From contig JBBRQF010000004.1 of assembly GCA_038226715.1 (NCBI GenBank), forward strand, positions 86,360-150,359: DNA of 64,000 nucleotides. Direction: 5' to 3'. A program made the position numbers and the translations under genes. Below are positions 30,236 through 38,183 of the stretch, piece by piece. Every line of letters starts with the position of its first letter. The first letter of the stretch is position 1. The DNA comes from Chitinophagales bacterium. GTDB taxonomy: Bacteria; Bacteroidota; Bacteroidia; Chitinophagales; Chitinophagaceae. The notes under the pieces were generated by a model. The model had not been told where the DNA came from. It made no database searches and worked only from the letters and a program-made list of their open reading frames with translations.

Positions 30236-30817
30236 ATGCAGCAACTCATTCATATTGATAAAGTACTTTTCAGGCTCTTCAACAGTCAGCTTACCAATCC
30301 TTTTTTTGATTGGATCATGCCCTGGCTGCGCAATTCTCTTGTGTGGGTACCACTATATCTTTTTATTTTGTTACTTGTTGCCATTAATTTTAAGAAGAAA
30401 GGTTTCTGGATAATTGTTTTTGCCATCATTACTGTTGCGCTTACAGATGGCCTCAGCAGTAAACTGATCAAACCCTATTTTGGCCGGTTGCGCCCCTGCA
30501 ACGATCCTGATATGATCAATATAGTACGGTTTTTATTGAATGTCCGCCCCGGCAATGGAAGTTTCACCTCTTCACATGCAGCTAATCATTTTGGCATTGC
30601 CATGTTTTTATACAGCGTATTAAAACCCTATTTTGGTAAATGGATGTTGTTGTTTTTTGTGTGGGCCTTTTTTATATCCTATGCCCAGGTGTATGTAGGG
30701 GTTCATTATCCATTTGACATCCTGGGAGGCACTGTTTTAGGCTGCCTTATAGGATATGGGACAGCTTTTATATGTAAGCAACAGCTTAAAGAAAAGCAGT
30801 CATTAATCGGGGTATAA
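30236..30817 (+). CDS. PAP2 family lipid phosphatase
   Basis: KxxxxRxRP (KPYFGRLRP), SFTSSHA, and S(Y)AQVYVGVHYPFD motifs. Confidence 0.9.
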   Translation: MQQLIHIDKVLFRLFNSQLTNPFFDWIMPWLRNSLVWVPLYLFILLLVAINFKKKGFWIIVFAIITVALTDGLSSKLIKPYFGRLRPCNDPDMINIVRFLLNVRPGNGSFTSSHAANHFGIAMFLYSVLKPYFGKWMLLFFVWAFFISYAQVYVGVHYPFDILGGTVLGCLIGYGTAFICKQQLKEKQSLIGV

Positions 30818-30924
30818 ATAATTGTTGTTTATTAATTATCTTAGAATAAGATACCGTTTAAATATAGTTTATAGATATTTGCATTCAAAACCGTTTAATA
30901 AAACTGCGGTTCAATTAAAAACTT

Positions 30925-32223
30925 ATGATCGAAGCTTTCATTTTAGGATTGCTCATAGTGATAAACGGACTGCTGGTAATGAGTGAGATAGCCCTGGTTA
31001 GTGCCCGTAAATCGAGGCTGGAAACCATGGCAAAAAAAGGCGATCTGAAAGCAAGAACAGCACTTGACCTTTCTGAAAACCCGGAAAAATTTTTATCCAC
31101 AGCACAAATTTTTATCACACTTATTGCCATCTTAACGGGTGTGTACTCCGGCGAAAAATTTGGTCATTTTGTAGAGCCTTCTATTGAAAAAATCGCTTTT
31201 TTGCAGCCTTATGCAAAAACCATTTCAACCGTCATTATTGTTATCATCGTTACTTTTCTCTCCATCATTTTTGGTGAGCTGGTGCCTAAAAGACTGGGTA
31301 TGTTACGGGCCGAAAAAATTGCAAGGCTTGTGGCCGCCCCTATGAATTTTTTATCAGTCGTTACATATCCTATTGTTTGGCTGCTGTCTAAAATTTCACA
31401 GTTATTCTTTAAATTATTCAACATAAAAACTTCTACCGATAATACAGTAACCGAAGAGGAAATTAAAGCCATGGTAGCTGAAGGAAGTGAACATGGTGCC
31501 ATTGAAGAAGAAGAGAAGGAAATTATTGAAAGACTATTTCACCTGGGCGACAGGAATATTACTTCGCTGATGACACACCGTACCGATATCGTCTGGTTTG
31601 ATGAGCAGGATAGGGTACAGGATTTTAAGGACAGGTTTGAGAAACTTACCTATTCTACTTATCCTGTTTGTAATAAAGTAGTTGATGATATTACCGGTGT
31701 GATATTTGTAAAAGATATTGTAAAAGCTGCGCCAACAACTTTACTTAAACACCTTGCCGTGCAGGCCATGTTTGTTCCCGAAAATAATACTGCTTATCAA
31801 CTGCTCGAAAAATTCAAATCTTCAAAAATACACAGTTGCTTTATTGTAAATGAATATGGAACGCTGGAAGGCATGATCACGCTGAATGATATACTGGAAG
31901 CAATTGTGGGCGATGTGCCGCAAAGCGGGCAGGAAGAATATGGCATTGTTGAACGTAACGACGGTTCTTACCTGGTAGATGCACAGATACCTTTCTATGA
32001 TTTTTTAAGCCATTTTGAAAAAACAGAATGGATGAATGAAGGGGAACATGATTTTGATACCTTAGCCGGATTTGTTTTGCATGAGCTTGAACATATACCT
32101 GTAACAGGTGAACGTTTTGAATGGAATGGATTTGATATTGAGATCATAGACATGGACGGGCAGCGTATTGATAAACTGCTGGTGAAGGTTTCGGAAGAAA
32201 TAAAGGACGAGATGGAAGATTAG
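30925..32223 (+). CDS. CNNM/HlyC-CorC family transporter (DUF21 + 2 CBS + CorC domain)
   Basis: MSEIALVS, FGELVPK, MTHRTDI, VNEYGTLEGMITLNDILEAIVG, DTLAGF. Confidence 0.9.
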   Translation: MIEAFILGLLIVINGLLVMSEIALVSARKSRLETMAKKGDLKARTALDLSENPEKFLSTAQIFITLIAILTGVYSGEKFGHFVEPSIEKIAFLQPYAKTISTVIIVIIVTFLSIIFGELVPKRLGMLRAEKIARLVAAPMNFLSVVTYPIVWLLSKISQLFFKLFNIKTSTDNTVTEEEIKAMVAEGSEHGAIEEEEKEIIERLFHLGDRNITSLMTHRTDIVWFDEQDRVQDFKDRFEKLTYSTYPVCNKVVDDITGVIFVKDIVKAAPTTLLKHLAVQAMFVPENNTAYQLLEKFKSSKIHSCFIVNEYGTLEGMITLNDILEAIVGDVPQSGQEEYGIVERNDGSYLVDAQIPFYDFLSHFEKTEWMNEGEHDFDTLAGFVLHELEHIPVTGERFEWNGFDIEIIDMDGQRIDKLLVKVSEEIKDEMED

Positions 32224-32226
32224 CGA

Positions 32227-32254
32227 TCAAAAGTTAAAAATAAAAAGTCAAAAC
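32227..32254. repeat. Four tandem 7-mers T(C/T/A)AAAA(G/A/C)
   Basis: tcaaaag ttaaaaa taaaaag tcaaaac just after stop. Confidence 0.55.
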
Positions 32255-32308
32255 CTGCGTTGTTAGTTTGATCAGATTTTAATAACAGACTTTTCAACCC
32301 TTTCGTTT

Positions 32309-32893
32309 ATGAAATATGCTTTTTACCTTCTTATTGTTCTGTTTGTTTTATCCTGTAACCAGGCTGTAGATAAGCAGGAAGATGTTCGTCTTGTTCAGCC
32401 AACCGTGCAACCTTCAGCACTGGAATTGTCTGTAAGGTCTGCACTAACTGATATCCTTACAAAAGAAATAGTGAATTCAGGAAATAAAGTTGACTCGCTT
32501 GTATTTACCGGCATGGAGATCGTCAGGATCTCTCAAAAAGATTATTTTACAGAAGAAGAGAGTGCGCAGAAGAAGGATTTTGAGAACTACCTTACCTATA
32601 TGGAAAAGCTCAAAAATACCGGCAGTAAAATGTACAATTCTATTGACATAGCCGATAATAAACTAAAACATGCTGGAGTAATTACATACCTGAACACGAT
32701 GATCAGGAAGGAGCCGGAGGATAAAAATTTATATAAAGTAACCTATTATCTGAAAGCAGCTACAAAGAATTATAAGTATACCCGGTTGCAAACCACCTAT
32801 CTTGATGCTGATTTAAAAAAGATGGCTACAGATTACAGCTTTTTAAATAAAGCAAAGCCGTTTCCGCATTCACCTGCTGTGAAACAACAATAG
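32309..32893 (+). CDS. Hypothetical lipoprotein
   Basis: Lipobox FVLSC; 194 aa ORF. Confidence 0.65.
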   Translation: MKYAFYLLIVLFVLSCNQAVDKQEDVRLVQPTVQPSALELSVRSALTDILTKEIVNSGNKVDSLVFTGMEIVRISQKDYFTEEESAQKKDFENYLTYMEKLKNTGSKMYNSIDIADNKLKHAGVITYLNTMIRKEPEDKNLYKVTYYLKAATKNYKYTRLQTTYLDADLKKMATDYSFLNKAKPFPHSPAVKQQ

Positions 32894-32932
32894 AAACGGA
32901 GTAAATAAAAATAGGGTCTTTGTTCAGCAAAT

Positions 32933-32953
32933 TCAAAACTCAAAACTCAAAAC
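32933..32953. repeat. Three perfect tandem 7-mers TCAAAAC overlapping the DUF6702 stop codon
   Basis: tcaaaac x3; encodes the final SFEF* on minus strand. Confidence 0.8.
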
Positions 32954-33446
32954 TTGTTTTGTCTTCCGGGTTAATAAGCTTGGTGCTTTTTTTATCGCCT
33001 TTTACTTTGGTATGAATGATGCTCATCTGTTCTTTTTTGTATTCAAATAAAATATTGTCGGTAACATCTATTTTTTTTACACTGGCAATATTATTAACCT
33101 GGTAAAAACTCACAATACCTTCTTCCTGTTGCTCATAACCCAGAAACTGTAGGGTAACATTTTTATCATCAACTTTTAACAACAGGTGTTTCTGCACATA
33201 GTCCGACACCAGCTTATTCATCGCATTTTTATCTTTGGGTTGCAACAAGTCAACATAGGTTTTATAAGTATCCCGCAATGCCTTTTCAAAATCATCTGTA
33301 AAGATCTTACAGCTAATCTCTAACGTTTTTTCAGTGGCATTGTGTTCAATTTCTGTAACACTTACAAATATTGGATGATTTGTTGTTGCAGGAGGATGTA
33401 AAACAAGACCAGCAACCAATAACCATTTAAATAAAATACTTACCAT
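32940..33446 (-). CDS. DUF6702 family secreted protein
   Basis: Signal peptide; HPIFVSVTEIEHN, KIFTDDFE pattern. Confidence 0.75.
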   Translation of the reverse strand: MVSILFKWLLVAGLVLHPPATTNHPIFVSVTEIEHNATEKTLEISCKIFTDDFEKALRDTYKTYVDLLQPKDKNAMNKLVSDYVQKHLLLKVDDKNVTLQFLGYEQQEEGIVSFYQVNNIASVKKIDVTDNILFEYKKEQMSIIHTKVKGDKKSTKLINPEDKTSFEF

Positions 33447-33528
33447 TTAGCAAAGAGATTAATAAAAAACCGTTTCTTTAGAGATATTTGAACGGCAAAA
33501 CTAACATAAACAATCAATTTTAGTCTCT

Positions 33529-34104
33529 TTGTTGCAGAATTTAGGTTTTTATTTTGATATTGGCTGGCATCATATCATTGCAAAAGATGCTTTTGATCAT
33601 TTGCTGTTCATACTTGTTTTAATTGCGGTTTACCTGATCAGTGACTGGAAAAAAGTGCTGGTTTTAGTTACGGCATTTACCCTGGGGCATTCACTTACTT
33701 TAATTTTAAGTATTGTAGATATTATCAGGGTTAAAGCAAACCTGGTAGAGTTTTTAATTCCTTGTACTATTATAATTACGGCTATATTTAATTTGTGGCA
33801 AAAGGGTTTTGGTTCAAGATCATTACAACGAAATTATTTTTTAGCATTTTTCTTTGGCCTGATACACGGATTAGGTTTTGCAAATTCCATCCGTTTTATG
33901 ATGAGCAGCGATGAAAGCCTGGGAGTAGATCTTTTAGGATTTAACCTGGGATTGGAAGCCGGGCAGATCGCAGTAGTAAGTTGTATTTTAATTTTTAGTT
34001 TTATAATAGTAAATAAAGCAGGCTTAAAAAGGGATTGGTGGGTAAAAGGCTTGTCGGTTTTTGCAATATTGTTTGCTTTTAAAATAATTTGGGATCTTTT
34101 TTAA
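33529..34104 (+). CDS. HupE/UreJ family membrane protein
   Basis: TTG start; GWHHI...DHLLF, TAFTLGHSLTL, FFGLIHGLGF, FNLGLEAGQ. Confidence 0.9.
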   Translation: MLQNLGFYFDIGWHHIIAKDAFDHLLFILVLIAVYLISDWKKVLVLVTAFTLGHSLTLILSIVDIIRVKANLVEFLIPCTIIITAIFNLWQKGFGSRSLQRNYFLAFFFGLIHGLGFANSIRFMMSSDESLGVDLLGFNLGLEAGQIAVVSCILIFSFIIVNKAGLKRDWWVKGLSVFAILFAFKIIWDLF

Positions 34105-34132
34105 ACACAACATTAATCAATCAATAATAAAT

Positions 34133-36535
34133 ATGAAACAACTGACAGCTTTTGCTTTTTTGCTTTTCATCGGTATCAATGCCAATGCCCAGGACATTAA
34201 AAACAATCCGGGCAGCAACCATGGTAACCGTTTTGAACAGCTTGGAACTATTTTACCTACGCCAAATGAATATCGTACTGCCAGTGGTGCACCAGGCCCA
34301 AAGTACTGGCAACAGCGCTGCGACTATGATATTGTTTGCGAACTGGATGAGCCTAACCGCCGTTTAATTGGTAAAGAAACGCTTACTTATTCCAATAATT
34401 CTCCTGATGTTTTAACCTACCTGTGGTTGCAGCTTGATGAGAATGAGCACAGCAATACCAATAACTCGGGTTACCAGACCAGTAATATGATGCCAAAGAC
34501 TATCACCGAACAGGATATTACCAGGTATAGCGGAATATTAGATAAGGATCGTGAATATGGCGACAATATTACCAGGGTTGCAGACGTAACCGGCAAGGCT
34601 TTACAATACACCATCAACAAAACCATGATGCGTATTGAATTGCCACAGCCGCTTAAACCCGGACAGCAGTTTACTTTTAAAGTAGATTGGAATTATAATA
34701 TTATTGAAAAAGGAAAATACGGAGGCCGTGGTGGTTTCGAAAATTTTCCGGAAGATGGGAATGACCTGTTTACCATGACGCAGTGGTACCCACGCCTTTG
34801 TGTGTACAGCGATTTCCAGGGATGGCAGAACCACCAGTTTGTAGGTAGCGGTGAGTTTGCGTTAACCTTTGGTAATTTTAAAGTGGCCATGACGGTACCT
34901 GCCGATCATGTGGTGATGGCAACCGGCCAGGGACAAAACTACCAACAGGTACTTAGTCCTGCACAATTTGCACGCTGGCAAAAAGCGCAAACCGCTACCG
35001 AACCTACAGAAGTAGTTACACTTGATGAAGCTGTTGCAAGGGAAAAACAAAAATCAAAAGAAAAAAAGACCTGGATATTTAAAGCTGATATGGTTCGTGA
35101 TTTTGCCTGGGGCAGTTCACGCAAATTTGTATGGGATGCTATGCCGGCGATGGTAGAAGGAAAGAAAGTGATGTGCATGAGTGCTTATGGTAAAGAAGCT
35201 TATGCTTTATACCGTAAGTTCAGTACTAAAGCCGTGGCTCATACGATCAAAAGTTATTCAAAATTCACCATTCCTTTTCCTTACCCGGTTGCACAAAGTA
35301 TTGAAGCTGCCAATGGAATGGAATATCCAATGATCTGTTTCAATTTTGGCCGTACCGAAAAAGATGCCAATGGTGGTTACAGTGCCAATAGCACATACAG
35401 CGAAGGAACCAAGAATGGTATGCTGGGTGTGGTTATACACGAAGTAGGGCATAACTTTTTCCCCATGATCATCAACAGTGATGAAAGACAATGGACCTGG
35501 ATGGATGAAGGATTGAATTCGTTTTGCGAATATTTAACGGAAGAATTATGGGATAACAAATTCCCGGTAAGCAAAGGCCCGGCTTATAAAATTGTTGATT
35601 ACATGAAGCTGCCAAAAGATATGCTGGAGCCAATTATGACCAACAGCGAAAATATTATTCAGTTTGGCCCCAATGCTTACAGTAAACCAACAACCGGTTT
35701 AAATATCCTGCGTGAGACCATCATGGGACGTGAAACTTTTGACTATGCATTTAAAGAATATGCAAGGCGTTGGGCATTTAAACATCCAACACCTGCCGAT
35801 CTTTTCCGCACCATGGAAGATGCCAGTGCCGAAGACCTGGATTGGTTTTGGAGAGGTTGGTTTTATGGAACAGAGCCATGTGATATTTCGCTTGATACGG
35901 TTAAATGGGCAGTGTTGAATACTGAAATTACTGCACCGGGTAATAACGGACCTGCTACCAGGAAGCTGCCGGTTGCAAAACCAATGCTGAATACATTTGA
36001 TGACATTTCTAAAATAAGAAACCGGGAGGATAAAAAAATAACTTTTGCAACGGATGCAGATCCGGCATTAAGGGATTTTTACTGGAGATATGATCGTGGC
36101 CAGGCTAAAGTAGATACCACTGCTTTTGAAATAACCGTGCCGCCGGCAAGTACTGATAATTACACTGAAGCAGAGCGTTTTAAAATTGCAGGGGCAAAAA
36201 ATTTATACGAATTAACTTTCAGCAATAAAGGCGGTTTGGTAATGCCAATTATTATTGAGTGGACTTTTAAAGATGGCTCTAAAGAAATTGACAGAATACC
36301 GGTTTATGTTTGGCGCAAAAATGAAAATAAAGTGGTAAAAACCTTTATGAAGGATAAAGAAGTTGCCTCTATTTTATTAGATCCGTTAAGAGAAACTGCC
36401 GATATTAACACTGATAATAATTCCTGGCCTGCGGTAACAACGCCAAGTAAATTCCAGTTATTTAAGAATGGAGGCGCTAACAGGGCAAGAGGTGCTGCCG
36501 GTGGTGGAAACCCAATGCAGAAGGAGATAAAATAA
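34133..36535 (+). CDS. M1 family zinc aminopeptidase (secreted)
   Basis: Signal peptide; GMEYP, HEVGH (HEXXH) plus downstream WMDEG glutamate. Confidence 0.93.
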   Translation: MKQLTAFAFLLFIGINANAQDIKNNPGSNHGNRFEQLGTILPTPNEYRTASGAPGPKYWQQRCDYDIVCELDEPNRRLIGKETLTYSNNSPDVLTYLWLQLDENEHSNTNNSGYQTSNMMPKTITEQDITRYSGILDKDREYGDNITRVADVTGKALQYTINKTMMRIELPQPLKPGQQFTFKVDWNYNIIEKGKYGGRGGFENFPEDGNDLFTMTQWYPRLCVYSDFQGWQNHQFVGSGEFALTFGNFKVAMTVPADHVVMATGQGQNYQQVLSPAQFARWQKAQTATEPTEVVTLDEAVAREKQKSKEKKTWIFKADMVRDFAWGSSRKFVWDAMPAMVEGKKVMCMSAYGKEAYALYRKFSTKAVAHTIKSYSKFTIPFPYPVAQSIEAANGMEYPMICFNFGRTEKDANGGYSANSTYSEGTKNGMLGVVIHEVGHNFFPMIINSDERQWTWMDEGLNSFCEYLTEELWDNKFPVSKGPAYKIVDYMKLPKDMLEPIMTNSENIIQFGPNAYSKPTTGLNILRETIMGRETFDYAFKEYARRWAFKHPTPADLFRTMEDASAEDLDWFWRGWFYGTEPCDISLDTVKWAVLNTEITAPGNNGPATRKLPVAKPMLNTFDDISKIRNREDKKITFATDADPALRDFYWRYDRGQAKVDTTAFEITVPPASTDNYTEAERFKIAGAKNLYELTFSNKGGLVMPIIIEWTFKDGSKEIDRIPVYVWRKNENKVVKTFMKDKEVASILLDPLRETADINTDNNSWPAVTTPSKFQLFKNGGANRARGAAGGGNPMQKEIK

Positions 36536-36555
36536 TCAAAATAATATAAGTTCAT

Positions 36556-36591
36556 AAAAAGCTGTTCATCCCCAGGCGGAACAGCTTTTTT
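36556..36591 (+). terminator. Intrinsic terminator after M1 peptidase
   Basis: AAAAAGCTGTTC / GAACAGCTTTTTT. Confidence 0.8.
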
Positions 36592-36623
36592 ATTACATCT
36601 TTAATTTGCTACATTGCAGCAAT

Positions 36624-37436
36624 ATGAAATACGCTCTCCTGCTACTTTTTACTTTTATTTTTTCTGTTACATTATTTGCCGGTAAAGTAGATACGGTTTC
36701 TATCTACAGTAACAGCATGCACAAAAATATCAAAGCGGTTGTGATCAGGCCCGATAGTTACAGAAAAAAAAATAACCATTTTCCGGTGGTTTATCTTTTA
36801 CATGGTTATTCGGGCAGCTATAACAACTGGATAATTAAAGTGCCCGAACTAAAGGATTATGCCGATGCTTATCAAATGATGATCGTTTGCCCCGATGGTG
36901 GTTTCAGCAGTTGGTACTTCGATAGCCCGATGGATTCTGCTTACAGGTATGAAACACACCTGGCAATTGAAGTAGTTGATTACATTGATAAAAATTACCG
37001 CAGCATACCAGATAAAAAACACAGGGCCATCACTGGTTTAAGCATGGGCGGTCATGGTGCTTTATTTTTAGGTTTAAGGCATGCCGATATTTTTGGTGCG
37101 GCCGGCAGTATGAGCGGTGGTGTAGACCTGATGGAAAGTAAAAGCCGCTTTGATATCATCAAAAGAATTGGCGATACTATTTTACAAGCCAAAGCATGGC
37201 ACGATCTTACCGTAATTAACCTGATAGAAAATTATACCAACACAGATCTTAAAATAATTTTTGATTGTGGCGACAAGGATATTTTTATTGAAGGCAACCG
37301 CAGGCTGCATCAGAAAATGAAGCAATTAAAAATTGCACATGAATACACAGAAAGGCCTGGGATGCACAACTGGGATTATTGGAAAAATGCGATTCCTTTT
37401 CAACTGCTATACTTTCAGCGTTTTTTTAATAATTAG
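36624..37436 (+). CDS. Secreted alpha/beta-hydrolase esterase (S-formylglutathione hydrolase/CE1-like)
   Basis: Start moved to ATG 36624; YLLHG, nucleophile GLSMGG, DCGDKD, HNWDYW. Confidence 0.88.
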   Translation: MKYALLLLFTFIFSVTLFAGKVDTVSIYSNSMHKNIKAVVIRPDSYRKKNNHFPVVYLLHGYSGSYNNWIIKVPELKDYADAYQMMIVCPDGGFSSWYFDSPMDSAYRYETHLAIEVVDYIDKNYRSIPDKKHRAITGLSMGGHGALFLGLRHADIFGAAGSMSGGVDLMESKSRFDIIKRIGDTILQAKAWHDLTVINLIENYTNTDLKIIFDCGDKDIFIEGNRRLHQKMKQLKIAHEYTERPGMHNWDYWKNAIPFQLLYFQRFFNN

Positions 37437-37447
37437 TTGCCGGGTAA

Positions 37448-38137
37448 CTATCCACCCGCCGAGGTTCGTCCATCCCTAACCACATTTTTCTTTCCCTTAT
37501 TTTTCTTCTCCCACTCTATCATTTCCGGAGTCTTTTGTACCTCTTTCTTTTTTTCAACAGGGGCAACAACCATTTTGTTATTATCGCCGGGCGTTTCCAG
37601 GTGCCCACGATCGTACTTTTCTACTTTTACAAGGCGGCCACTGCCAGCTTCATAATATTTCCATTCGCCATGCTTCACACTGTATTGTTCTGCTTTTACG
37701 ATCTTATAATCAATGATCTCATTATTGCCAGAGCCATATACTGCAATGGTATCGTAGGGTGCATCAGGATCGTAGCCCTTCCAGGATTCTTCCCTGATGA
37801 GATCACCGAGGTAAGTATAATATTGCTGAATACCATCTTTGCCACCGAGTTTATAAAATTCAACAGCAATGATATCGCCGGTTAAACTATACTTACGCCA
37901 GATACCTTCCTTATTATTGTTCTTAAAAATTCCTTCTTCTTCATAACCCGGTTCACTCCTGAGTGGTTCTACATGTAGCACCCATTTGCCCTGTTTCATA
38001 TCTTTATTGTCAATGGCATTCAGGGTATCGCCTTCGGCAGAAAGCTTGTATGTTTTATATTGCGCAGTGCCATTCATCAAAAACAAAAACTGTATGATGG
38101 TCAGTACCAACAATTGCCGTATTTTTAAAATTCGCAT
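37448..38137 (-). CDS. Secreted MORN-variant repeat protein
   Basis: Signal peptide; KQGKW, KEGIWRKY, KHGEWKYY repeats. Confidence 0.7.
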   Translation of the reverse strand: MRILKIRQLLVLTIIQFLFLMNGTAQYKTYKLSAEGDTLNAIDNKDMKQGKWVLHVEPLRSEPGYEEEGIFKNNNKEGIWRKYSLTGDIIAVEFYKLGGKDGIQQYYTYLGDLIREESWKGYDPDAPYDTIAVYGSGNNEIIDYKIVKAEQYSVKHGEWKYYEAGSGRLVKVEKYDRGHLETPGDNNKMVVAPVEKKKEVQKTPEMIEWEKKNKGKKNVVRDGRTSAGG

Positions 38138-38183
38138 AATGATCTATTTATTACTTGCGTCAATCAAACCAAAACACCTGACG

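Noticed and set aside
30925-32223. Hemolysin virulence factor
   Set aside because: Domain content is CNNM-CBS-CorC, a divalent cation transporter family
37448-38137. YwqK-type toxin-antitoxin system
   Set aside because: Only MORN-variant repeats with a signal peptide; no adjacent toxin candidate
37986-38183. N-terminal extension of the BNR protein in the ORF track
   Set aside because: Overlaps the opposite-strand gene; signal peptide begins at ATG 38184
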